A program made the position numbers and the translations under genes. A stretch of 64,000 nt of DNA, from assembly GCA_041659205.1 (NCBI GenBank), contig JBAZYS010000001.1:54090-118089 (forward strand). Direction: 5' to 3'. Shown piece by piece: positions 56,644 through 64,000 of this stretch (position 1 is its first letter; each line of letters starts with the position of its first letter). This DNA is from Minisyncoccota bacterium. GTDB lineage: Bacteria > Patescibacteriota > Minisyncoccia > Phycocordibacterales > UBA9973. The notes under the pieces were generated by a model. That model did not search any database and had not been told where the DNA came from. It saw nothing but the letters and a program-made list of their open reading frames with translations.

Positions 56644-57420
56644 TTATATCGAATAACGTTTTACTTCTTTTATCTTCGCTTTATTGTTTTCTAAAAGCTT
56701 GCCCACGGTTTCCTCTCCTTTGATAAATATTTGGTCAATTAATGTCTTTTCCTTGAAATAAGTAGCCATTTTCCCTATGAGCATTTTTTCTTTTATCTCA
56801 GCAGGTTTGTCTATGGCAGCTACTTCTTTTTCAAAGATTTCTTGCATTGTTTTTCTGGTATCATCTGTAATTTCTGCATCGGTGATGTATTCAGGTTTCA
56901 TTGCAGTTATGTGCATAGCTATGTCTCTGGCAAGCTCACCTGTGCCACCCTCTAGGGAAACAATGATACCTACTTTATTATTGTGAACGTAGCTACCTAA
57001 AACATCGCCAGATACTTCATATATATCACCTAATTGAATGTTTTCTCCAGTTTTTTGGATAATAGCATCTATCATTTCTTTTGATTCTACCTTCATTTTT
57101 TCTATACCATCAGCGAAAGCCTTTTGCGTAAGTTTTGACAGAAGGGTAGTGAAGTCTTCATTTTTAGCAACGAAATCAGTTTCACAGAGTAGACCTACTA
57201 AGACAGCTTTATTATTTTCATTTTTTATTGCAACCGAGCCGCTGTTTAAAGAGCGATCTGCTTTTTTTAGGGCAATATCAGAACTTGTCTTTTTTAGGAT
57301 AGCCAAAGCTTTATCCATATTACCCTCAGCCTCTTCAAGGGCACGTTTACATTGCATTACAGAAATACCCGTTGCATCTCGGAGCTCTTTTACTTGCTCT
57401 GTAGTGATTTGAATTGACAT
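56644..57420 (-). CDS. tsf: elongation factor Ts
   Basis: The N-terminal UBA-like region is VKELRDATGISVMQCKRALEEAEGNMDKALAILKK. Confidence 0.9.
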   Translation of the reverse strand: MSIQITTEQVKELRDATGISVMQCKRALEEAEGNMDKALAILKKTSSDIALKKADRSLNSGSVAIKNENNKAVLVGLLCETDFVAKNEDFTTLLSKLTQKAFADGIEKMKVESKEMIDAIIQKTGENIQLGDIYEVSGDVLGSYVHNNKVGIIVSLEGGTGELARDIAMHITAMKPEYITDAEITDDTRKTMQEIFEKEVAAIDKPAEIKEKMLIGKMATYFKEKTLIDQIFIKGEETVGKLLENNKAKIKEVKRYSI

Positions 57421-57425
57421 AAATA

Positions 57426-58184
57426 TTATTTCTTTTCAGGTGTGGAGCTTTGACCTTCTTTATAAGCATCCATAATAGCAGTAGTAAAATATTTAATAGA
57501 AGGGATTCCGGAATCGTTTCCAACAATAGGGTAATCAAGTCCTTTTATGTTTGAATCAGAGTTTATCAAGGAAACAACAGGGATACCAGACTTTCTGGCT
57601 TCAGTTGCGGCAATGTGTTCAGCCTTTGCATCTATGATAAAGAGTGCATCTGGGGCTTTTTTAAGACCAAGTAAACCAGTGTAGTAACGTGCTAATTTTT
57701 CCATCTTTTTGGCCATAACTACACGCTCTTTTTTGGTATATTTATCAAGACCACCACCAACACTGTCTTTTTGATAATTTTCAAGTTCGGTTATTCTCTT
57801 TTTTATTTCTGTGAAATTTGAGAGTGTTCCACCAATCCATCTCTCTATAACATAAGGCATGTTTAGAGATTCAGCGATATTTTTCACAACAACCTTTGCC
57901 TCAGGCTTTGTTCCAACGAAAAGAACAACCTTGTTTTGAGCTCCTAGGTTTTTGATGAAAAGGGTAGCTTCATCCAGCATTTCGCTTGTTTTTTCAAGGT
58001 TAATAATATCTCCCTTGTTTTTAGTAGCGTATATGTACTTTGAAACAGAAGGGTGTCTTCTGGTTTTACTGTAGCCGTAGTGTGCTCCTGCTTTGAACAT
58101 TTTCTCTACTGCTGTATCAATTTCCTTCTTATTTTCTACTTTTTGCATATGAATTAATATAACAGAAAGCTCGTCTTTTTGCAA
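57426..58184 (-). CDS. rpsB: ribosomal protein uS2
   Basis: GAHYGYSKTRRHPSVSKYIY and VLFVGTKPEA are present. It lies upstream of tsf in the canonical rpsB-tsf order. Confidence 0.9.
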   Translation of the reverse strand: MQKDELSVILIHMQKVENKKEIDTAVEKMFKAGAHYGYSKTRRHPSVSKYIYATKNKGDIINLEKTSEMLDEATLFIKNLGAQNKVVLFVGTKPEAKVVVKNIAESLNMPYVIERWIGGTLSNFTEIKKRITELENYQKDSVGGGLDKYTKKERVVMAKKMEKLARYYTGLLGLKKAPDALFIIDAKAEHIAATEARKSGIPVVSLINSDSNIKGLDYPIVGNDSGIPSIKYFTTAIMDAYKEGQSSTPEKK

Positions 58185-58243
58185 ATTTTCATCTCTTTTA
58201 GCAGGAGAGTTTATCTTTGACCTAAAGACTTTTTTCGGGTAGT

Positions 58244-59509
58244 ATGAAGAATATGAGACAATCTAAACTTTTTACTAAAACGAAGAAGGAGGCTCCAGCC
58301 GATGAAGTGTCAAAGAACGCCGAATTATTAATTCGCGGTGGCTTTGTTCATAAGGAAATGGCCGGTGTCTATAGCTATTTACCACTCGGTCTTCGGGTCT
58401 TAAGAAAAATAGAAAATATAATTCGAGAGGAGATGAATTCCGTTGGAGGGCAAGAAGTTTTGATGTCTTCTTTCCAGCCTAAAGAAAATTGGGAAAAAAC
58501 AGGTAGATGGGAAGGGATGGATGACCTGTATAAAGTTGGAGATTCTTCTGATAGATTTGTTGCCCTTGGTCCTACTCATGAAGAAATAGTGGTCCCTATC
58601 TTGAAAAATTATGTTTCTTCCTATAAGGATTTTCCTGTAGCTGTTTATCAAATTCAAAATAAATTTAGAATGGAACTTCGAGCGAAGTCTGGGATGCTTC
58701 GAGGTAGGGAATTTATTATGAAAGACATGTATTCTTTTCATACTTCCCAGGAAGATTTAGAAAAATTTTATGAAAACATGAAGGGTGTTTATAAAAATAT
58801 TTTTTCTAGAGCTGGTATTGGGCATCTTACGTATTTGACTTTTGCTTCTGGCGGAACATTTTCAAAATACTCACATGAATTTCAAACTGTAACGGGAGCA
58901 GGTGAGGACACTATTTATCTTGATGAAAATAGTGCAATTGCTGTAAATAAAGAAGTTTACAATGATGAGGTGTTGCAAAGTTTGGGTCTTGATAAGGCAA
59001 AATTAAAAGAAACAAAAGCTATCGAAGTTGGTAATATTTTTGATTTAAAAACTAAATATTCACAACCTTTTGATTTAACCTTTACTGATGAAAAAGGAGA
59101 AAAACATGTTATTTTAATGGGTTGTTATGGAATAGGCCTTGGTAGGCTTATGGGCACTGTCGTAGAGGCTTTAGCTGACGATAAGGGGATAGTTTGGCCT
59201 CAGTCTGTGGCTCCTTTTACTCTGCACTTGCTTGCTCTCGGAGATGATGAGACTGTTACAGCAGAAGCGAACAAAGTTTATGAAAGTTTAGTGAAAGCTG
59301 GAGTGGAAGTTTTGTTTGATGACCGTGCTGGAATGTCGGCTGGAGAAAAATTCTCTGATGCAGATTTACTCGGAATGCCTTTTCGAGCTGTTGTGTCTGC
59401 AAGGAGTTTGAAAGAAAATGGTATTGAATTAAAAAAGCGTACAGAAGAAAAAGGAAAAATTGTAACTCTCGATGAATTATTAAAAATACTTAATGAAAAG
59501 AGTGCTTAA
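58244..59509 (+). CDS. proS: prolyl-tRNA synthetase (short form without editing insertion)
   Basis: The N-terminus ELLIRGGFVHKEMAGVYSYLPLGLRVLRKIENIIREEMN is the ProRS class II motif 1 region. A C-terminal anticodon-binding domain is present. Confidence 0.88.
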   Translation: MKNMRQSKLFTKTKKEAPADEVSKNAELLIRGGFVHKEMAGVYSYLPLGLRVLRKIENIIREEMNSVGGQEVLMSSFQPKENWEKTGRWEGMDDLYKVGDSSDRFVALGPTHEEIVVPILKNYVSSYKDFPVAVYQIQNKFRMELRAKSGMLRGREFIMKDMYSFHTSQEDLEKFYENMKGVYKNIFSRAGIGHLTYLTFASGGTFSKYSHEFQTVTGAGEDTIYLDENSAIAVNKEVYNDEVLQSLGLDKAKLKETKAIEVGNIFDLKTKYSQPFDLTFTDEKGEKHVILMGCYGIGLGRLMGTVVEALADDKGIVWPQSVAPFTLHLLALGDDETVTAEANKVYESLVKAGVEVLFDDRAGMSAGEKFSDADLLGMPFRAVVSARSLKENGIELKKRTEEKGKIVTLDELLKILNEKSA

Positions 59510-59512
59510 AAT

Positions 59513-60559
59513 ATGTTTGAAAAATTTTACAAATTAATTAGCAATGACATTGGTATAGACTTAGGTACTAGTAATACTTTGGTGTATTTAAAAGGCCATG
59601 GGATTGTAATTAATGAACCGTCCGTCGTTGCAGTTAATATTAAAACAAATCAAATCTTGGCTGTCGGTGCACAAGCTAAGGAAATGCTTGGACGAACGCC
59701 AGGGCACATCAGGGCAATTCGTCCTCTTGTCGATGGTGTTATTTCTGATTTTGAAGTGACCGAAGAAATGCTTTCATATTTAATAAATAAAGCAGACAAA
59801 ATATCAAAAAAGTTAGCACGACCAAGAGTGCTCATTGGGGTGCCTTCAGGTACAACAAATGTTGAATCACGAGCTGTGTATGATGCTGCACGCAGTGCAG
59901 GAGCTAGAGAAGTGTTTCTAGTAGAAGAACCAATGTCTGCGGCTATTGGGGTGAGGCTTCCAATTAAAGATCCTGTTGGTTCTATGATTATAGATATCGG
60001 TGGAGGTACTACTGATATTGCAGTTATTTCTTTGGGGGGAATTGTAAAATCTAAAAATTTAAAAATTGCTGGAGATAGATTGAACAATGACATCATTACT
60101 TATATGCGTGATGAGTTTAAAATATTAATCGGAGAGCGAACTGCGGAAATGGTAAAGATTGCTATCGGCTCTGTATCTCCTGGAGAATATATGGAAACAG
60201 AAGTTCACGGTAGAGATTTGCTCACTGGTCTTCCTCGGGAGGTGGTGGTGACAGACTCTGATATTCGTGAAGCTCTTTCCCTATCAATTAAGGGACTAGT
60301 CGAAGGAGTAAAAGATATGCTAGAAACTACTCCGCCCGAGATTTTGTCTGACATAATGCACCGCGGGATTACTCTCTCCGGTGGGGGAGCATTAATTCCG
60401 GGGCTTGATCAACTTTTACAGCGAGTTCTCAAGATTCCAGTTTACGTTGTAGAAGATCCACTTTCAGCCGTCGCTCGTGGTACAGGTGTAATATTAGATA
60501 ATATTGCACTTTATAAAGATGTTTTGATTGGGAATCAAGATGAGTTACCTCCTAGATAA
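59513..60559 (+). CDS. mreB: rod shape-determining protein MreB
   Basis: IGIDLGTSNTLVY...DIGGGTTDIAV is the actin-like ATPase. Confidence 0.9.
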   Translation: MFEKFYKLISNDIGIDLGTSNTLVYLKGHGIVINEPSVVAVNIKTNQILAVGAQAKEMLGRTPGHIRAIRPLVDGVISDFEVTEEMLSYLINKADKISKKLARPRVLIGVPSGTTNVESRAVYDAARSAGAREVFLVEEPMSAAIGVRLPIKDPVGSMIIDIGGGTTDIAVISLGGIVKSKNLKIAGDRLNNDIITYMRDEFKILIGERTAEMVKIAIGSVSPGEYMETEVHGRDLLTGLPREVVVTDSDIREALSLSIKGLVEGVKDMLETTPPEILSDIMHRGITLSGGGALIPGLDQLLQRVLKIPVYVVEDPLSAVARGTGVILDNIALYKDVLIGNQDELPPR

Positions 60560-61355
60560 AAAAATAAAAAGAAAAAAATCTTTAAACATCGCTTTGGCCG
60601 TTGTGCTTTTTGTTATTTTATTTTATTTCCGATCAGGGATTTTTGATGGATTTTCCAGTGCAACTCAAGCTATTTTTCGACCTGTATTAATTTTAGGGTC
60701 CGGTATTGGAGGAAATTTAGGTGATATTGTTTCGTACTTTATTTCCAAAGAATCAATTTACAATGACAATCAAACTTTGAAAATCCAAATAAGTGCCGAA
60801 GAGGCAAGAATGGCTAATTATGATTCAATAGTAAAGGAAAACGAAAGTTTGAAAGAAATTTTAGGAAGAAAAAAAGAAAAAGTCACAATGGTATTGTCTG
60901 CTATTTTAGCAAAACCAAACCAAAGTGCTTATGATACTTTATTGATTGATGCTGGAATAAATGAAGGGATAAAAATAGGGGACACTGTTTTTGCAAAAGG
61001 CGATGTACCAATTGGAAGGGTAGATATTGTTTATGGAAATTCTTCGAAAGTCGTATTGTTTTCAAGTGCGGAAGAAAAGACTCAAGCTTCTATTGCTGGA
61101 AAACCTGACCGCGCAGGCGGGGATACTTTTATGGAATTAGTTGGTCGAGGTGGTGGAAATTTTGAAATGATTTTACCTAGAGATTTTATTTTACAAAAAG
61201 GAGATCAAGTAGTTTTACCAGGTATTAATTCTTACTTATTAGCTGTCGCGGAAACAGTAATTTCTGACCCACGTGAACCTTTTATTAAAGCATTATTGCG
61301 TAGTCCGGTAAACGTGCAGGAGCTTAAGTTTGTACAAATAGAAATTCAGAAGTAA
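60540..61355 (+). CDS. mreC: rod shape-determining protein MreC
   Basis: N-terminal TM, a coiled coil (NQTLKIQISAEEARMANYDSIVKENESLKE), and a C-terminal beta domain with GDTVFAKGD / KGDQVVLPG. The ATG at 60540 overlaps the mreB 3' end. The ORF track's earlier TTG start is less likely. Confidence 0.75.
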   Translation: MSYLLDKKIKRKKSLNIALAVVLFVILFYFRSGIFDGFSSATQAIFRPVLILGSGIGGNLGDIVSYFISKESIYNDNQTLKIQISAEEARMANYDSIVKENESLKEILGRKKEKVTMVLSAILAKPNQSAYDTLLIDAGINEGIKIGDTVFAKGDVPIGRVDIVYGNSSKVVLFSSAEEKTQASIAGKPDRAGGDTFMELVGRGGGNFEMILPRDFILQKGDQVVLPGINSYLLAVAETVISDPREPFIKALLRSPVNVQELKFVQIEIQK

Positions 61356-61495
61356 TTATTAAAATGCACACATAAAATTCTGTTGAATTTTTGCTCTGCT
61401 CGTCGCTCAAGAAAATAATAAATAGAATACTATTTTTATTTTCTAAGCTCCTGCGCAAGGCATTTAAATAACTACTTCTGAATTTTCTATAAATT

Positions 61496-63010
61496 ATGGA
61501 ATTTAAAATTGAGAAAAAATTAAAAAATAGTTTAGGGCGAGTGGGGGTATTGAGTACTCCGCATGGAGATATTTTGACTCCGGCTTTTGTTGCTGTGGGG
61601 ACAAAAGCAACCATAAAGTCTTTGAATCCTGAGCAGGTGCGTGACGCTGGCACACAAGTTGTGCTTGGTAATACTTATCATTTATATTTACAACCAGGCG
61701 ATGAGATAGTACACGATGCAGGAGGCATCGGTAAATTTATGAATTGGCGGCGAAGCGATGGCGGTATTGCGCCCACTATGACGGATAGTGGAGGCTTTCA
61801 AGTTTTTTCGCTTGGTGTTGCTTATGGAAAAGATATATCAAAGATTACAAAAATTACTGATCCATCGCTTCTAATTCCTGAACGCTTTGATGACAGCGAT
61901 GCCCCTCGTTTGGCCAAAATTGGGCAGGACGGTGTTTCTTTCAAATCACATTTGGATGGTTCTATTCATTACATCACCCCTGAAAAATCAATCCAAATTC
62001 AACATAATTTAGGTGCAGATATAATTTTTGCTTTTGATGAATGTACAAGTCCGACAGAAGATTTGAAATATCAAGGAGAAGCACTTGAGCGGACACATAG
62101 GTGGGCGGAAAGGAGTTTAGCTGAACATCAAAAATTATTAATTCAGAAACAGAAGCATTCTCAGGATCTCCTGCTTCGCAACGTCGACCGTTCGCCTGCT
62201 TCTATTTCTGATACAAAAACAGAAGAATATTTTTTAGAGGGTCTCTCGCAGAGCGACGGCTCGAGAGTGAGCGCTCTGCCAGCAGACAGAGACAGCGACC
62301 CTATAAACAATGATTCTTCTGTTTTTACTCCAGCTTTATTTGGCATTGTGCAGGGCGGGAGAGAAGAATCTTTACGTAAACAATCTGCAAAAATTATTTC
62401 AGAAATAAATGTTGATGGAAAATATTTTGACGGTTTTGGTATTGGGGGGTCTTTTGCGAAGGAAGATATGTCTACAGCGGTGAGGTGGGTTAATGAAATT
62501 CTGCCAGAAGAAAAACCACGGCACTTGCTCGGCATTGGAGAGCCAGAGGATTTATTTATGGGAATAGAAAATGGAGTGGATCTTTTTGATTGTGTTTTAC
62601 CGACACGGCTTGGAAGGAATGGAACTATTTATACTAAAAAAGGAAAAATAATAATTACCAATGCAAAATTCAGAAATGACTTTGGTCCCATCGAAGATGA
62701 TTGCGGATGTTATGTGTGTTCTGCACCAGAAGCTTTTTTTTCGGGGTCGCTGTCTGTGTCTGCTGACACAGCGCTGCCTTTCGGCTCGTCAGTCTGCGAG
62801 ACACCCCACAAAAAAACTTCTGGTGCCTCACGATATTCCCGCGCATACATCGCTCACCTTTTTCATGGTAAAGAAATGCTGGCGGGAACATTAGCATCAA
62901 TTCACAACCTCCATTTCATCGTAAATTTAGTTAAAAAGATTCGGCAATCTATTATAGAAGATAATTTCTTCGAATTTAAAGAGGAATTCTTGACGGGATA
63001 TTTGAAGTAA
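61496..63010 (+). CDS. tgt: queuine tRNA-ribosyltransferase with two large GC-rich in-frame insertions
   Basis: VLGNTYHLYLQPG, IFAFDECTSP, FGIVQGG and LLGIGEPEDL are present. The Zn site is CGCYVC...RYSRAYIAHLFH. At 504 aa it is well above the about 375-aa size I expect for Tgt. Confidence 0.88.
   Translation: MEFKIEKKLKNSLGRVGVLSTPHGDILTPAFVAVGTKATIKSLNPEQVRDAGTQVVLGNTYHLYLQPGDEIVHDAGGIGKFMNWRRSDGGIAPTMTDSGGFQVFSLGVAYGKDISKITKITDPSLLIPERFDDSDAPRLAKIGQDGVSFKSHLDGSIHYITPEKSIQIQHNLGADIIFAFDECTSPTEDLKYQGEALERTHRWAERSLAEHQKLLIQKQKHSQDLLLRNVDRSPASISDTKTEEYFLEGLSQSDGSRVSALPADRDSDPINNDSSVFTPALFGIVQGGREESLRKQSAKIISEINVDGKYFDGFGIGGSFAKEDMSTAVRWVNEILPEEKPRHLLGIGEPEDLFMGIENGVDLFDCVLPTRLGRNGTIYTKKGKIIITNAKFRNDFGPIEDDCGCYVCSAPEAFFSGSLSVSADTALPFGSSVCETPHKKTSGASRYSRAYIAHLFHGKEMLAGTLASIHNLHFIVNLVKKIRQSIIEDNFFEFKEEFLTGYLK
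62161..62195. repeat. GC-rich ~35-nt repeat element, copy 3 of 3, the 5' part of an about 175-nt insertion in tgt
   Basis: tcaggatctcctgcttcgcaacgtcgaccgttcgc. Its translation [12 protein letters not shown] parallels [12 protein letters not shown] in ligA. Confidence 0.8.
62721..62828. repeat. second GC-rich in-frame insertion in tgt, about 108 nt, containing the hairpin ctgtgtc-tgctga-cacag
   Basis: It lies between the CGCYVC and RYSRAY zinc-site elements and encodes SAPEAFFSGSLSVSADTALPFGSSVCETPHKKTSGAS. Confidence 0.65.
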
Positions 63011-63102
63011 ATTTGGGGTACTTCAATTGGGGGATTGTGTTATTTTTTGATATAATTAATAAAATTAAGGATATTATTAATTATTATTTTTTAACGAAAT
63101 AA

Positions 63103-64000
63103 ATGAAAAATATACACAAAATAGGGCATGCCTCAATACAATTCATTATTGGAGTTTTTGCGATAATTCTCGTAGGTATGAGTGGTATTTTTTTATATGG
63201 TAAATTTATTCAAGCGTCCCCTTTTAATTTTGTTCAGTCTTCATGGTCAGGTGGTATTACGGGAAATACAGCAGTTCATCCAACTAATCAAACTGGTTGG
63301 ACAGAGTACGATCAAAATTCTAGTGTCACAGCTGGAGCCACCATTACCCTTCCTTCAGTTGCGAAAACTTTTACAGATGATGGCACAATAATTATTCCTG
63401 GGGGGATAACACCGACTGGTGGAGGATTTTCGAATGGAACGCTTACAGATACGACTATGTCAGGCACACTTGTGAATGCAAAAATAAAACTTACACCGAC
63501 ATATCTTGTTGGTTCTAAAACAGATTTCCCTTTTTCTTTTTTGGATAATAGTGTTGTTTTTGACAGTGTTACTAATTCTGCGTGGGTCGCTTATAAGCCC
63601 TGTACCCCTTGTGGGGGAGTTAGTAAAGTGGATGTTACTACTGGTGGTAAAACTGATTATAGTTTTGGTTTTGGTAATGGTGTAGGTGGTCTTGCTTTTG
63701 ATAATGTTACGAATTCAATTTGGGCAACTAAACCTTCTAGCAATACAATAAAAAAAGTAAATATAACAGACGGTAGTATTGTGGGTACTTATACGGTTGG
63801 TAATGGACCACGTGGTGTTGCTTTTGATAATATTACTAACTCTGTATGGGTTGTAAATAGTACTGATGTCACCGTCAGTAAAGTAGATGTTACTACTGGG
63901 AGTATTACTGGTACTTATGCAGTAGGTAGTTCTATATCAGATATTGTTTTTGATAGCGTCACGCATTCAGTTTGGGTGACAAATTATGATTCTATTTCTG
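63103..64000 (+). CDS. 5' part of a membrane-anchored YVTN-family beta-propeller repeat protein (3' end outside window)
   Basis: The frame is open from the ATG at 63103 to the window end. N-terminal TM. The motif [AV]FD.[VI]TNS.WV.N...V.KV[DN]VTTG recurs about every 40 aa. Confidence 0.6.
   Translation, partial: MKNIHKIGHASIQFIIGVFAIILVGMSGIFLYGKFIQASPFNFVQSSWSGGITGNTAVHPTNQTGWTEYDQNSSVTAGATITLPSVAKTFTDDGTIIIPGGITPTGGGFSNGTLTDTTMSGTLVNAKIKLTPTYLVGSKTDFPFSFLDNSVVFDSVTNSAWVAYKPCTPCGGVSKVDVTTGGKTDYSFGFGNGVGGLAFDNVTNSIWATKPSSNTIKKVNITDGSIVGTYTVGNGPRGVAFDNITNSVWVVNSTDVTVSKVDVTTGSITGTYAVGSSISDIVFDSVTHSVWVTNYDSIS

Overview
This is an AT-rich window (roughly one-third GC by eye) and gene-dense, mostly on the + strand. 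The gene content suggests a small-genome, CPR/Patescibacteria-like bacterium; that placement is inference. It carries core information-processing genes: ligA, gyrB, thrS, a monomeric pheS, rpmF, a nusB-Nudix fusion, rnc, an smc-like gene, rnr, rpsP, a KH-protein gene, trmD, rpoB-rpoC-dnaG-rpoD, tsf-rpsB, proS, mreBC and tgt, plus two tRNAs (Ser-GGA on +, Thr-TGT on -). It also carries cell-surface functions. There is a four-gene prepilin cluster and a separate major pilin. There is a pair formed by an LPXTG adhesin and a sortase. There is a tandem array of four large secreted proteins that share a Cys-loop plus peptidoglycan-binding module. There is a disulfide/glycosyltransferase cluster. There is a two-component system. 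The finding I rate highest is at nucleotide level. Short GC-rich repeat elements are inserted in-frame, in different reading frames, in essential genes. A ~35-nt family occurs in ligA, trmD and tgt. A CCTGCC...GGCAGG palindrome family occurs in thrS, nusB and once intergenically. Larger GC-rich inserts sit in tgt. This resembles Rickettsia palindromic elements. There are also two GC-rich islands without convincing long ORFs, at 35.0-35.3 kb and 41.6-42.0 kb. The second carries a small ORF with a strong SD. There are duplicated tRNA 3'-end fragments next to both tRNAs. Several domain fusions are unusual: PheS with an FDX-ACB domain, NusB-Nudix, DD-carboxypeptidase-CapA, and a UvrD helicase fused to a Cas4-like nuclease. 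No CRISPR array, rRNA or obvious transposase was found. Function calls come from motifs I recognised by eye in the ORF translations; no database search was run.
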